From contig NC_091479.1 in the NCBI RefSeq assembly GCF_036971445.1, positions 83,204,001 through 83,268,000 of the forward strand: 64,000 nucleotides of DNA, written 5' to 3'. Below, piece after piece: positions 33,200 to 47,331 of the stretch. The translations under genes and the position numbers were made by a program. The stretch comes from Narcine bancroftii. Its lineage: Eukaryota. Numbering within the stretch: the first letter of the stretch is position 1; the number at the start of each line of letters is the position of its first letter. The notes under the pieces are model-generated. The model was not told the DNA's origin. It made no database searches and worked only from the letters and a program-made list of their open reading frames with translations.

Positions 33200-34260
33200 G
33201 AAGGTGAATCCAGGAGGTAAACTTTGTTACCAAATCCAAATTTCTATAATACTGCAAAAAGATACTTCCACTCTACCCTAACAATAGCTTTTTCAGCATC
33301 TAGCGAAATTACAATTTCCAGAGACTTTATTTAGTTTTTAAAGTAAATGATGAAGTGTGTTCAAATGTTAAAGAACATGTGATGCTGTTTTATGAAACCA
33401 TTCTGCACTTCAGATCTGATCTTTGGTAGCACTCCTTTTAGTCAAGATGCTATGATCTTGGCTAACATTAAGCAGAGATAGCAGCCTATAGGAGCCACAT
33501 ATGGTTGGATCTTTGCCTTTCTTCAGGAGTAAAATTATTGATACTTGGGTTAAAGTAGTTGGTAAAACTCTTCACTCCAGTGCTTCATTAAACACATTAT
33601 AATAATGGGGTTAGTTTATCATTAAATTTTTTATAAAACTCCATTGGAAATCCATCAGAGCCTGGAGCTCTATGAGACTGTATTGCTTTAATCAATAGTA
33701 TAATCTGATCCAAATTGAGTGAGATGTCAATTTGACCTGATTATGGTTATAAAATTGTTAAGAAACTGGTTTATTTTGGTGTCATCAGAAGCGTGTTCAG
33801 ATTTGTAGAGTGATGAGCAGAAAGATTTAATGACAGCATTGATTTTGGTGGGATCAAATGTTGTTATTGGAGGGGTCTCTAATTTGGAGTATCAGCCTTG
33901 ATTGGTAGGCTTATAGACAGCTTGTCTTTTCCCCGTATTCGTAATGTGAACCACGAGTTTGCATTAATAACCACTCTGCCTGTGTAGTTGATATAAGATC
34001 AAATCTGCTTGTAAATCAAGAGATTGCTTGTATAATTCTGGGGATGGACAAACTGTGTTGTGTTGATCCATTTCACTAAAAGCAGATGTTAGTTTATTGA
34101 TCTTGGCAGTGTGTTTCTTATTTAATGAAGGTGAGTATGAAATGATTTGACACTTCAAATAACACAAGTGACTCCCAGAATAGGGGAGTAGGAGGTTCAA
34201 ATGATCATTTTAACTAACTTCTGAGTTTCCAGTAAGTTTAAAGTATCTCTGATTTTCAAT
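33200..34260 (-). mobile_element. L1-clade ORF2 fragment, inverted
   Basis: SLDAEKA on the minus strand at about 33287-33307; ORF 33964-34200 resembles the L1 linker region. Confidence 0.7.
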
Positions 34261-34789
34261 ATCAATTTTTTTTATTAAGAAACTTAATAAATGTCAGCTA
34301 CATCTTTACAATCTTTGCTTTTGTATCTGTTCATAAGATTCTCAAAAATGCAGCTCTTTATAAACAGGTTAAAATGAGCATTCTCATTGCAAATGCTTCT
34401 CTTGTTTCCAAGAAATACTCAACCACAGTGAATCATTTAGAACTGCAGGTGCAAGCCAGGGGAACCAAAATAAAAACTTTTACTTATCAACCTCAAGAAG
34501 ATTTTTTGGCCTGAATACAATGTAGAATTTAATATGTTTGAAAAGTAGGAGAGCACTCTAAAAATATGCATATGACTTTGCATTTCACTTCCAGTTATTT
34601 CTTTGATTAGGATGTAGCCTATCTTTTTTGAAGTTACAGCTGGTTTATCTCGATGCTTCCAAATCAGGTGTGCAGAAATAATGCTTTAAAATAGAGATGG
34701 CTTATAACTTTTTAAAAAGCACAAATTAGCTGTGAGTTGGATGTGTTTTATCTTAAAAGGTATCATTTTTAAGATTACAACAGAAATAA

Positions 34790-37140
34790 GTATTCTCAGT
34801 CAAAGCTTATTGCCACAAACCAAAGTGAGAAAGTTTGTTTTCTGTGCAATTCAGCGGGTGACCCATTCATAGTAATAAAAGCACAGGTCGGAGTGCAGAG
34901 TTACAAAGAATTGTCAGTTAAAACTGAACAAGGACATCAGAATTGAACTATTGTGAGTTTCGTTCGGAAGTCTGAGATTAGTGAGAAACTGTCCTTAAAT
35001 CTGGTGGTACATGATCTCACCCTCATGAATCTTCCTTGTAGGAGGAGGGAGTGTGGCCATGGAGGGATGAGCGCTTAAATATGTTAGATGTTTTTCTAAG
35101 ATAGTGGGAAGTGCGTATGGGGTCGCTTTGATCTGAGCTACTTTCACAGTTCTCTGCAATTTCTTGCTGACCTCAGCTGGGCGCATTCCATACCATGCAG
35201 TGATGTGCCATGAAAGAATGCTTTCAATGGTGGAAAATTTGAAATTATTAAGGGATCCAGGGATGATTGTGACATGACAAATTTCCTTAGGCATCTGAAG
35301 CAGTAGAAGCTCTGATGGTCTTTCTTGGATGTTGTGTCGATGTAGTTGGATCAGGACAGGTTGTTGGAGGTGTTTACCCCTAGATCACAAGCCTCCCTCC
35401 TTTCTTAAATAGTGGAACAACATGTACCACCTTCCAATCCTCCAGCACCATGCCACAGTGTATTGATTTTTGGAAAATCATTTCCAATGCCTCCACAATC
35501 TCCAAAGCCACCTCCATGTGGAACCAGTGGGTGCACCTCATCTCGTTTGGGAGACTTGTCTATCTTTGGTCCATTGAACTGACTAAGCACAATTTCTCTA
35601 GTAATCTTGAAAGTACTTAATTTTATTCCCTGAGACCTCTGGCTATCAGCTATATTGCTATTGTCTTCCTCAGAGAAGACTGATGCCATCTCTTTGTTAC
35701 CCATTATAATTTCTCCAGTATCATTTTCAATCGGTCCTATATCTACCCATGTCTCTCTTTTACTTTTCATATATTTGACAACTTCCTTTCATAATTCACC
35801 TTTTCTTTTCTAATGACTTTCTTTGTCTCTGTAAGTTTTTAAAAGTTTCCCAGTCCTCTGTTTTTCCACTAATTTTTGCTTCCTTTTGATTTGATTTTAG
35901 CCTTAACCTCTCTAGTTAGACACATTTGTGCCATTTTTCCATTCATAATTTTCTTTTTTCTTAGAATATATCTATCCTGCACTTTCCTTATTTCATGTAG
36001 AAATATCATCCAATTCTGCTCTGCTGTCCCTCCATCTTACTTATTTTTCCAGTCAACGGGCCAATTCCTCTCTCATACCTCTAATTTCCTTTGTTCCACT
36101 GAAATATTGACACACCTGGTATCAGCTTTACCTTTTCAAATTTGAAACAGATCTCAATCATAATATGATCACTACTTCCTAAGGGTTCCATTACCTTTAA
36201 TTCTCTAATCACGTTAAGTTCATTACTCATCACCCAATCCAAAGCCACTGATACCGTGGTGGGCTTATTGACAAGCTGTTCCATAAAGCCATCCTGTAGG
36301 CATTCTACAAACTCTCTCTCCTGAGATTGTACCTTCCTGACTTTCTCAATCCCCTTTCATGTCAAAATCCTCCATAATTATTTTGACATTTCCTTCCAAC
36401 ATGCTTTTTCTATTTCCAGCTGTTGCTCATAGTCCACTTCCTGGCAGCTGTTTGGGGCCTGTATATAACTGCTAATAGGGTCCTTATACCCTTGCCATTT
36501 CTTAACTTAGCCCATAGGGATTCTACAACTTCTGACCCGATGTCCCTTCTTTCTAGTGATTTAATATCATTGCTTACCATCAGGGCCATGCCACCCCCTC
36601 TACCTACCTGCCTATCTTTCCTATACACTGTATACCCTTGGACATTCAGCTCCCAATCACCTCCATTCAATGATGCCCACAATGTCATATCTTTTAATCT
36701 GTAGCTGTACAACAAGGTCATCTACTGTCTTCCTAATGCATTTAAGTACAATAGACCAGTGTCTGTTTCTAATTTTGCTGTATTTCTATTTTACAGCAAA
36801 TTATCCTGATTTTCATCTGGCCTGTTCTTTTAGTCATCTTTCCTGCACATTATTTTTTTACTTTTTTCTATTTTCCACTTTCTTGACCCTAAGACCCTGG
36901 TTCCCTTTTAACCTAATCTCTGCACTCACATTCTGATTACCACCCCATCCCCCCCCCCCCCCCCCCGCCAAACTAGTTTAAACCCTTCCGACAGCTCAAG
37001 CAAACCTGCCTGCCAGGATATTGGTCCCCATCCAGTTCAGGTTCCCTAGGAACTTAAAGCCTTCTACTATCTCCACAATGATGTGAACCAGGAAGTGAGC
37101 TCTATCTGTCTTCTGAAAGTCTGTGATGTGTTTCTTTTTG
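34790..37140 (-). mobile_element. Rex/Babar-like LINE interrupted by a CR1 fragment (35384-37043)
   Basis: Rex-type TIESILSWHITAWYG (ORF 34995-35294); CR1 EN motifs YRKDRQVGRGGG, IYRP, LGSSDH (ORFs 36081-36721); ccctag duplicated at both junctions. Confidence 0.8.
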
Positions 37141-39512
37141 AAGGAGGTGACATTGTTGACACTAGCCATAAGAAATAGCTTTACTGCTTTGGATATCTCT
37201 TAATCTGCAAAGACAAATCTCACGTTTGTCACTAAATACCACCCAAGTCAATACTTTCCTGCTAAAAATGTTGGACTCTTAATGAAAGGTATTTCACTGT
37301 GACAGTGGATTAGTTCTTTGCAGAATGTTGTCAGAAATCCAGTACAGTCACAGGTCAGCTCCTATAAAACCTTGTGCACTAATAAACCAATTTATAATTC
37401 CCAGCTTATTGAACTTTTCTATTCTTTTCCAACCTTTATCCAACTTTCCACAAAACGATAAATCAAATTTCTTTGGAAAAGCTTGATATCACATTGGAGT
37501 TGTCATGGCAAAGTGATAATTTGTTCTCTAGTTTTGGTACGATAACAGGAATGTGGTTTCAATGACGGTGTTTGATTTGCATCAAAGGTGCAAAAAGAAT
37601 TTTACTCATTCTAACAATGGAATGCGCCTGGATGCTTTGGCCAAATGTGATCTAAAAATTCTATTTGACTTTTATATATCTTTCATGTATATGTTTCATG
37701 TATATCTATGTTTTCTTTATTGAAATCCTGAATATGGCAAAACTATGTAACTTTCTTCATGTCCATTCAAATATCCAAAACAAACTTAACAATGTAAGTT
37801 TTAAAAGGCATACATAGTTTTTATTCAAGCCTGATAAATGATGAACAGTTCGTTTGCAACAAAGCAATCTGTGTGTCAAGCAGCATCTGTGGCAGGGAAA
37901 GGAATAGTAATCATGAAGAGACATCACTTGTCTAAGAAGGAGAGGGTAGGAGGGATTAGACAGTGGGGACTTGTGAATTAATGAACTCGGGAGGGTGAAG
38001 GATGACTGAAGGATGGTGGAATTGGGAGATTAAGATGGGGTGATTGATAGATGCTAGAGAGAGAAAAGCCAAATTAAGCAATATGGGCTAGCGGAGGGAG
38101 GACAGCACGTGGCAGTTGATGAGTAGGGAAAAAAGGCTACCAGTGCTAGAATCCAATAAATAAAGAAGATGACAATGGGAACTAACCTCCCCTCTCCTCT
38201 ATTCCCCTTCCCTCCCCCCCATCCCTGAATCCTTCATCCTTACATCCACCTCTATCCCCACATTTAACCCACTCCAATCTGGTTCCATCCAGCCCCATCT
38301 GGTCCTTCTTGTTTCCCCTTATGTTTCCCTTTTTCACCTCAGCAGGTTTCAGCTGCAACAAAATGGTCTGAGAGGGTGAAAGTTGGTGACATAAAATTAC
38401 ATGAGTGATCAGAAGATATTATTTGCAGACAACTTATAAAAATCCATGCCCGCTAGCTATAATGTCATTATTGTATGCTTTTTTAATTGTATCTCTTGGG
38501 TTACTTATGACAATGTTAAATACTTGAGTATTTTGGCAGCAAGGTTAAGTACTTGTAGTACTGTGCATGCAAGAGTTCTGATAATAGCATTAACAATATA
38601 ACCGAGAAGATATTATTGGGTAAATGCCTCACATGTTCATTTTTTTAAAAACTACTCTGAATGATAGATTGGGAAATGAGAAAAATGTTATTGAAATGTA
38701 CAAAGCTCAATTGTAGATCAAATGTTTCAATGAATGACAAATTGTGTATCGAAACCTGTTCGACATTTTTTATTTGAACAATATGAAAGCTGGCATGCTA
38801 ATATTCCAAAAATCCTGCTGTCCTTTTTTACCTCAAATATTGTCAAAAAGTTGCAACATTTTTAATCTTGATTTTAATCACCTATTCCCAGAAAGGTTAG
38901 AAGAAACTGCAATGCTTTTTTGACAAAGGGAATAATAAATCTTTTAGGTATTCAAGATGCCACTTGACTTGGCATTCTCCATTTCCACAGTTTCAAGGTT
39001 TTTAACTACAAAGTGTAAGTGTTCAATAGCAAAACATGATTATTTAATTTTTGGTTTGATGTTGCAAAATGTACCAGTATAGCAGCTACATAATTACTGA
39101 TGTGGAAAAAGGAAACCATTCCTTTCCAAAAATATCAAGTCTGTCATCTGCTTTTCTTAAACTATAATTGATTGTTTGGCACAGGAATCATAATTTCAAA
39201 ATTAAGGAAATTGTTACTATCACAACTGCTTAAATCTTTTGGAGAGTTAGAATGAGCCTTGAAACCTCAAGTTTTTTTGTAAGCAGTGAACTATGCCTTT
39301 TTCTAACCCACCAGAGTTTGCCAGGGCAACATCAGACATACATAAAACTTAAATGGTACATTAAATCATTTAATGCAAAGAACACTCAGCAATATTCTGT
39401 AACCAACAGACCAGATTAAAACCTTCTGTCCTGCCTCATCCAGTCATGAATGGGAGCTTATGAATATTATCATCTTCAATGGCGATTTCGGCCAGCACAA
39501 AAGTATAAAAGG

Positions 39513-39609
39513 AATCTCTGTATTAATTCATTACTTACTATGTATTTTTTTATATCTCTTTGAACTGTATGTGTTTATAAATTATAATAATAATAAAAAG
39601 ATTGAAAAA
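39513..39609 (+). mobile_element. Very short 5'-truncated L1-type tail with 14-bp TSD
   Basis: aaaagtataaaagg at 39499-39512 and 39610-39623 flanks an AT-rich segment with AATAAA and A tail. Confidence 0.7.
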
Positions 39610-39678
39610 AAAAGTATAAAAGGCAAGGTTGAAGATTTTTAGCCATCACACCTGAAATGTTGAATGGATTTTCCATCT

Positions 39679-40404
39679 GTTTTTATGAATATTTTATTTT
39701 GGTTTTCAAACATAAGTCAAATATACATCTTTTACATAAATATAGTAGAAAACAGTCTATATGCCATTTATACAGAATAAAAATCCTTCTTAAAAAATAC
39801 AAATTTTCATAAATATTTGTAACAAAAAAATCAACCAAAAAATAAAATTTCCAAGCAATAAAATTCAAGCCCCCTCCCCCCTCCCCCCCCCCCCCGCCCC
39901 TGCTACCCCCTTCCCCTTAACTTAAACAGAATAAATGGATGCAGGGTCTTTCCATCCATCGCCAGAGCTTACAGTCTATTTTATAAAATAAATATAAAAA
40001 TAGTATAAAATCGAGGGAAGATCATAAATTTACAACAGCAATATTATACTTGTGCATCAATCTCATTTAAATACATTTGCCAGGTCTTGAGGAATGTATC
40101 GTGTTTGTTTTGCAAATTATAAGTAATCTTTTCCATAGGGATACAACTGTCCATTTCTGATATCCATCTTGCCAAAGTGATTGGTGTATTCAACTTCCAT
40201 TTGACTGCCACACATTTCTTGGCTATTGCCAGTGCAATCTTAGTAAACGATAATTGATACTCTGTAAGATTATTACTAATAGCTATAAAATTTCACAATA
40301 AATATCATTCTGGGTAACCAGGAAGATTAACTCCGGTAATCTTTGTTAAGACTTCCGACACTTGTCACTCCTGGGGGAGTCATATCATTTCCCCAAGTTT
40401 CTCT
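39679..40404 (-). mobile_element. 5'-truncated L1-clade insertion with 16-bp TSD
   Basis: aatggattttccatct at 39663-39678 and 40405-40420; ORF2 C-terminal remnant (IPMEKITY...TFLKTW) on the minus strand. Confidence 0.85.
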
Positions 40405-40789
40405 AATGGATTTTCCATCTTGGTCTGTTCCTTGCATATGGCCATTAATGGAGCCTGTATTTAGTCATCTTTCAAAGCTGGAGAGTATCTTGGCTGTTTG
40501 CTGTTACCACTAACAGTCTTTTTTCAGTCCAGCCTCTGTTTCAATCTTTTTACACCTTGGCCCAAATATGAGCAGAATTCCAAAGATCAGGTGAAAATAA
40601 CAGCTCAACATCAAGGAAGTTCTTGAGTAAGTGCTGGATGAAGGACTTCCAATCCAGAGCTGTAAAATTGAAGTGTGTGGGAATGAAGGGAAAAATTCTC
40701 CACCATTATACCCAGCAAAATGGAAGAGAGTTGGAGTTGTCAGAGCCAATTATTTCAATCATACAATCACCTCAGAAAGATAAATATTG

Positions 40790-42560
40790 TCAAGTTAAAA
40801 GTTAATTGCCACATGTATCAAAAATTCAGCGGTGGAGATTGTTTTGCAAGCAGACCAATAGACACCTCAGACATAAGTACCACAAGTCAGATGGTTCAAA
40901 ATTAGAGAATCACAGAGAAATCAGCTGGTCTAGAGAAAAGGCAACATAATTATATTTTAGGTTCATTCAGGAGTCTGATAGTGGCAAGAAAGAAACTGTC
41001 CTTGAATCCAGTGTGCATAATCTCACACTTGTTGCTTGTCTTTTTGACAAGATGGGGAGATGGTGGGAAATGAGTGTGGTGGGTGGGATGAATCTTTTAA
41101 TGTGATGGCTGCTTTTCCGAAGCATCTGGAGTTAATGGAGTGGAGGAGTGTATGTTTGATGGACTGAGCCATGCTCACAACCCTCTGCATTTTCTTGCAG
41201 ACTTGTGTAGAGCAGTGATGCACCCTGATAAGATGCTTTCGATACTGCATTGGTATAACTTGTTAAACAAAGCAGGATGCGGCAACTTTCCTAAGACTTC
41301 TGACTAAGTAAAGGGGGCAAAGCACTTCCTTGGCTATTGCACTGACATGAATGGACTATCACGTCACTGAAGATGTTTACCCCAAGGAACTTAAAGGTGT
41401 CCACTATTTCCACCTCAGCACTGTGTACCCAGACCAGGTGTGAGCTCTGCCCCTCCTCCAGAAGTCTATAACCAGCTCTTTGGTCTTGCTGTCATCGAGG
41501 GAGAGGTTGATGTCCTGCCATCAAACCACAAATCCCTCTATCTCACTTTTATATCCCATTTGGTAGTTGTTATAAATCTTTTCCTACACTGGTGGTGTCA
41601 TCTACAAATTTATAGATGGAGTTGGAGCTGAGATTGGCCATGCTGTGAGTGTATGTGGAATATCATAGAGGGCTGACTATAGAGCCTTGAAGTCCCCTTG
41701 TATTGAGGATGATTGTGGAGGAGTTGCTGTCACCAATCCTCACTGATTGTGGCCTGCATAATAGAAAGTCAAATATCTAATGGGAGAGGTTGGTGCTGAG
41801 ACCAAGGTTACAATGGTTTACTTTGGTACTATTTTGTTGTAGTCAATATATAGTAATCTGACATAGAAGTCCTTGTTGCTCCACAGCTGATTTTTTAACC
41901 TGGGAGGTGGCATCTTCTGTAGACCTACTTCAGCAGTTTGTGAATTGGAGAGGGTCAACGATGTTGGTGGGCTGCACTTAATGTGAACTATGACCAACCT
42001 CTCAAAATACCATGATGGTGGACATCAGAGCCACCAGCCGGTAGTCATTTAGGCCCATCGCTTCATTCTTCTTTGGCACTGGGATGTTAGTGGCCTCCTT
42101 GAAGCAAGGGTATACTTCAGCCTGTTGAAGAGGGAGGTTGCAGTTGTGAATACAGCTGCTACTTGGTCTGCATAGGCACAGAGGACAGACCAGCAAATAT
42201 GGTCCAGTAACTCTCCATGGACTCGCTCCAAAAGGCACATCTGACATCTGATCAGTGACAGGGGTACAGGTGTGCTTGAGGTTGAGGTAGAAGAGATGTT
42301 TTCCACTCGTTTGCTGGCCCTCTGCTAGAAATGAGCATAGAATCCATTGTGCTTATCTGTGAGTTTATGATTCTGCCTGGCTTCATTTTGTAGCCTGTAA
42401 GGCTGTGAAGGCATGCACTCAACCGAAGAAAGCTATTTTCATCAATTGAGTCTATGTCCGTTTCTAGTAGAGCAGTTGTGTGAATCTTTTTTCCCCCCAT
42501 CCTGGTCTTTCCTTAACATCCTGGAAATTACTTCCTTTCTCGTGCCTCTCCAATGTCCTT
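40790..42560 (-). mobile_element. Rex/Babar-like LINE, RT to 3' end
   Basis: CFKEATNIPVPKK...LNDYRLVALMS (ORF 42002-42247); ADQVAAVFT. Confidence 0.8.
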
Positions 42561-43529
42561 CTGAATGTACAGTTTAATTTGCGTCACCTGTACAGGTAAT
42601 TAGGTCATAATCACTCCATTAAAATATGTTTTTCCACATAGTTTTGCCCAAATTGTTAAATCTGTATATGTGCAATTATTTCGACTGCTACTGTTTCCTC
42701 AGATCGACAAGGCTCCAATTAGGAGTATAATTGAATGCTTCCAATTTGTCTGGATGAATGCCAATCCTGCAAAGCACAGCAACATCCAGGCCTCAGCAGC
42801 CTGTTTGTTTGGTACATCTCATACCATTTTGAACAGCCACTCCCTCTACTGCCAAAATTTATGGATGTGGCCTGTAGCATTGACAGAATACATTAATATA
42901 GTTTGCCAAAAACTTTATGGCACCACTTCATAAATCCAAAACATCCAAAAAGAGGAAAAGATATATTGGAAGCCATGACATCTAAATTGCACATCAATCT
43001 TCCTGCTATTGTTGCCAGTCAGTATCTGTGAACTCCCCCTTTAATAGCACTGGGAAGTTTGTTCAACACAAGTGACTGTGAGTTAAGAATTAGGATTATA
43101 ATCAATTTCTCAAGGAGAATTTAGGGTGGGCATTAACTGCCTGATTTTTGTCAGTGAATCATATTTTAAATGCAAGTTATGTATTTTGAGCCTTTAAAAT
43201 TTTATGAATTAAGTGAACCAATTTTCTAAGGGCAGAGCAAGTTTATTGAATAAATATGGGGTTATGTACCATTGTGCCCATGTAAATAAGTAATAATATA
43301 AATATAATGATGTAGGTAGCCAGCTTAGTAAACTTGGTTTAACAATTATATGTTAGTTATTCTGAGATAAGGTCATCCTTTTAGCTGAAACCCATAAGGT
43401 CAGCTTTTCTGCTATCCCCAAATATTTTTAAATTGTTTTTTTTTTACTGAAGAGTTGGAGGGGTGGGAGGAAGAGAACTCAAGCTCAAATTAACTTTGGA
43501 CTTGGTACAAACAAAGAAAATAAATGCAA

Positions 43530-44420
43530 TGCCAGCAAAACAGACCAGATCAGCATCTGTGCACAGAGAAACCAGGTCAATATGTCAGGTCCTTCTTCAG
43601 AACTGGGAAGGTGAGAAAACAAGTTAGTTTTAAGTTGAAGATGGGGACAGATGGGTAGGAAAGAGGAATTATCTGAAAAAGGTGAGAGTAGGGTTGCAAA
43701 GGTAATTACACAATGTATCCATTGGAGAGAAAAATTAATGAGAGCAATTAGAAAATGAACAAAGGGAAATATAAACTCAGGTCAGAGTTGTTGTGATAAC
43801 TTAAAATGCCCAGCAAATCAGGTAGGGCCTATGGAGAGAGAAAATAAATTAAAATTGAGATGGGTAACTTTACAGCATAAAAAGGAGGCTGCAATGCGTC
43901 TAAATGGAAGAAGAAATGGTGTTTCTCAAACTTAAAATAGTCGTCATTTGAAAAAGAAAGAAAATTGAATTAGAATAAGATTAATGTCAAATGGCACTTG
44001 ATGTGAACCAAAGGACTTATTTCCATGCTGCAGGATTCTAACTCCTGTAGTTATGTGGAAACTCCTGTCAAAGAGGTGGTTGATAGGGATGAAATAGCAG
44101 TAATGATAGGAACAAAGAGAGAGGGGAATATATGTCTGACAAATGAAGGTTGCAGAGGCTGATCTGTTGAATTCAGTGGCTGGAAGGTCAGGGCTGGGGA
44201 AACACTCCTTGTTTTTGCAGGGAGCAGGTGCACGATACAGACGAGATATGGAATATTGCAATTTAAAGTCATATTTAAAGAAAAAAAAGACATTTCAGAA
44301 GTTCTCATCATCAGAGCAGATGCAAGAGAGATGAATGAAATGGAAAAATGGAATAGAGACCTCAAAGGAGATGGGAGGAGAATGTATAGTTGGGATAACA
44401 GGAGAAGTATTTGATTGAAT
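43530..44420 (-). mobile_element. Degraded Penelope-like element remnant
   Basis: Similar to 57730-58700 (terminal motif ccttcttcag; ORF 44051-44428 resembles the PLE C-terminal region). Confidence 0.45.
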
Positions 44421-44548
44421 GGCCACAAGGAGAAAATAACAAATATATTTACCCAAATTGTCTCATGGATAAAGTTGTTTATTATTTTATATTTGTAAAA
44501 TTGCCATTATCCAGAAGAATAAATATAAATACCAGTCAGAGAAAACCA

Positions 44549-44755
44549 TATTTAGACATACAGCACAGTAACAGGCCATTTTGGCCCACAAGTCTGTGCC
44601 GCCCAATTACACCCAATTAACCTACACCCTCTGTACGTTTTGGAGCACACAGGGGAGAATGTACAGACTCCTTCCATACAGCGTGGGATTCAAACCATAG
44701 TCCCGATCGCTGGTGGCTGTAAAAGCGCTGTGCTAACTGCTACGCCAACCTTGCC
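44549..44755 (-). mobile_element. tRNA-derived SINE
   Basis: Same family as 8648-8890; A and B boxes on the minus strand. Confidence 0.8.
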
Positions 44756-46696
44756 ATCTATATTCAGATGGAAGAAAGCAGCTGCTTGCAATATACTTCA
44801 TTTTAATGGAAAATTTGATCATAGCCTTGTCCATGCATATTGCATTACTGGCATAAATTCAGTACTCATTTAAAGTGGCACACTCCCATACAACATGCCA
44901 CATCTATGTATTTATATGATATGATTTGATACTGGACTAGGTGTAGAACAGTGTAGATTACAGTAGAACAGTGTGCTAAGCACGCATCCTTGAAGTGTGC
45001 CTATGTTGGTTGTTAGTGAGGAGGAAATGTTGTTTCTGATCTGTACTCTCTGTGGTCTTCCAATGAGGAAGTCAAGGCATCCACTTGCAAAGGGTGCATA
45101 GGGATTTGTGATGAACCATGATTCTGTGAAGCATCCAAGTTTTAGGCTGGCATAAAACATCACTTTTAAAAGACTCTCCAAACCACAGGTTCCTTGTTAT
45201 ATGTATTTCACTCCAGAGACACCCTTTACCCCCATCATAATGGGACTCATCTTGGATTACACACATATACACATAAATTTAATTGAACTTTTCTTAGGAA
45301 ATATGATTTGTGTTTTATCAGTTTTAATTGTTGTAGTAGGCCATTTCAGAACATCTCAATAATTACTTTCTTTGCCTGAAGAAAATAGTTTCACCTTTAA
45401 ATTAATTTAAGTAACTTTAAATATCAACACATCATAATTTTGAAATAAACTTTATTTTGCTGCAAATTAATAAAATAATTGGCAAATTTAATGTTAGTGG
45501 CATTAGATCTTGTTAATATTGAACTGATAAATTTAATTTGACCATCAGTTATTAGTCACGCAATTTTCTTTTGATGTTTAAAATAATGGGACAGAAACAA
45601 AATACTCTAGGTTACATCTTGAGATTGTATTAATTTATTTTGTACAATAATTGTCATTGTATCCAACTTAAGTTTCAACCTAAGTCATAATGGAAAATAA
45701 TCAAGTACTCAATAACCTAATTTTAGGGCAAATACGGTATGTTTCCCATAGATCAGACATAGGAAAGTAAAATTTAATTTCTTAGTTTATCACTATATTC
45801 TTATATATAAATTCTTAAATATTCTTAAGCAATATATGTTCCATTATTCAATTCAGACAATATTTGCATATTATTTCCAAATTGTTTTGGACTTTTATGT
45901 CATAATATGCAATTTTTATTGATGCCACCACTTTACATAATTTTAAGATCAATAATTATGGAATCAAGCTTATAATTTATTCCTGCTTTGATTGCATATG
46001 TAGATTCAAACAAGAATTTATAACTGTCTGTTTTCGTTCAAGTAAATGAACAAGCATCCAATTTAATTACCAAACCAATGAAAACTTTTGTCCAAAGAAT
46101 TAGTTACTTCATGAAAGGAATCAGCCAAAAAGAAATGTGTCAATGAACACATTGCCTCGGAAAAACCCCCCACTTTTGTTATCAGATTACATGGAGATAG
46201 ATATGAGTCACTTTGCATGGGCTGTTATTTCTAGAACTGTCAAATAAAGGCAGTGGCATCCATGTGTGGGGAAAAAAATGTAATGTTTTCTTTTAATGCA
46301 TTTTAAAAATGTGATTGTTAAGACGTTTTAGCATGGAAAAATTAAGGCTCCACATTTATAAATCAGTATTTGGCCCAGAGAGGTTGTTCAACTATAATTT
46401 TAATTGAGTATGTATGTGGTTCATTGAAACACATGGTACAAATTACATTGTCCATGGCTTTTATGACTGTATTCTTGGCAAAAGCAAAAATGACCCATAC
46501 TGATGACCTCGCCAAATAATATAATAATACATTAGGTGCGGAGTGGGAATAATTGAAAACAGCTTCTAAATTTTTACATTTAACTGGGCATAGATCAATG
46601 TTAGGTGCTGGCATCGGTTTTGTCCTAAAAGAATTAACATATTTCCAGACCACAAATTTCAGGGTCGGTGTTTCAATAGTTTTCAATTTGAACGAT

Positions 46697-47331
46697 TTAA
46701 AATAACCCCTTTCCAATGTCACATTTACCAAGCCGGGGAGGTCGAGAACAGCCTCGCCTTTTCTTCTTCCGTCTTGCAAGAGCGCACACAGAAATGAACA
46801 CGATGGCCGAGAACAGGAATAAGGGAGGCCGTAAGCCCTCTCGATCCACTTGCCTCGGTGCCACGGTTGTTCTGCGATCAACCGTCAAGTTCTTGCCATT
46901 GGTCTCCAAAGTGCTGTTCGCCCTTCCTAAGGAGTGGGGGTGAGGAGTGGCTTCGGGATCACTCGATCTTTCATCGGTTTCGGTGATCAGGGAGGGAGAA
47001 GGCTGCAGTGTGATGGGAGGGAGCCGCTCACCTTGGAGAAACGCCGGCGCTTCCAACCCCTCGCTGGGATGGCTCCGACTGCCGTTTGCGCCTCTCCCAA
47101 TGTCTCTGGAATCAGCGACTGACACCGGGTCGGACGGGAAAAGAAGTTGAGTCCGTGATGGAGACGAGCCATTCACGTCCCAGTTGGAGGTGGAAAGAGT
47201 TCCTTGAGATGGTGTGTCCAAGCCCAAATACCCAGAATTGTTGAATCGTACCATATCGGTGGCCTTCCGGAGGTTTGGCTGTCTGGGTTGATCTCGACGG
47301 TTTTCAAAAACAAGCAAATCTGGATCTTCTC
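46697..47331 (-). CDS. MANSC4: MANSC4 last coding exon
   Basis: tttacag|GEDPDLLVFE...LFLFSAIVFISVCALARRKKKRRG...GLF*. Confidence 0.88.

Noticed and set aside
46363-46881. 172-aa minus ORF as a frameshifted MANSC4 C-terminus
   Set aside because: The main frame already gives the TM segment, basic tail and stop; this ORF has no recognisable similarity.
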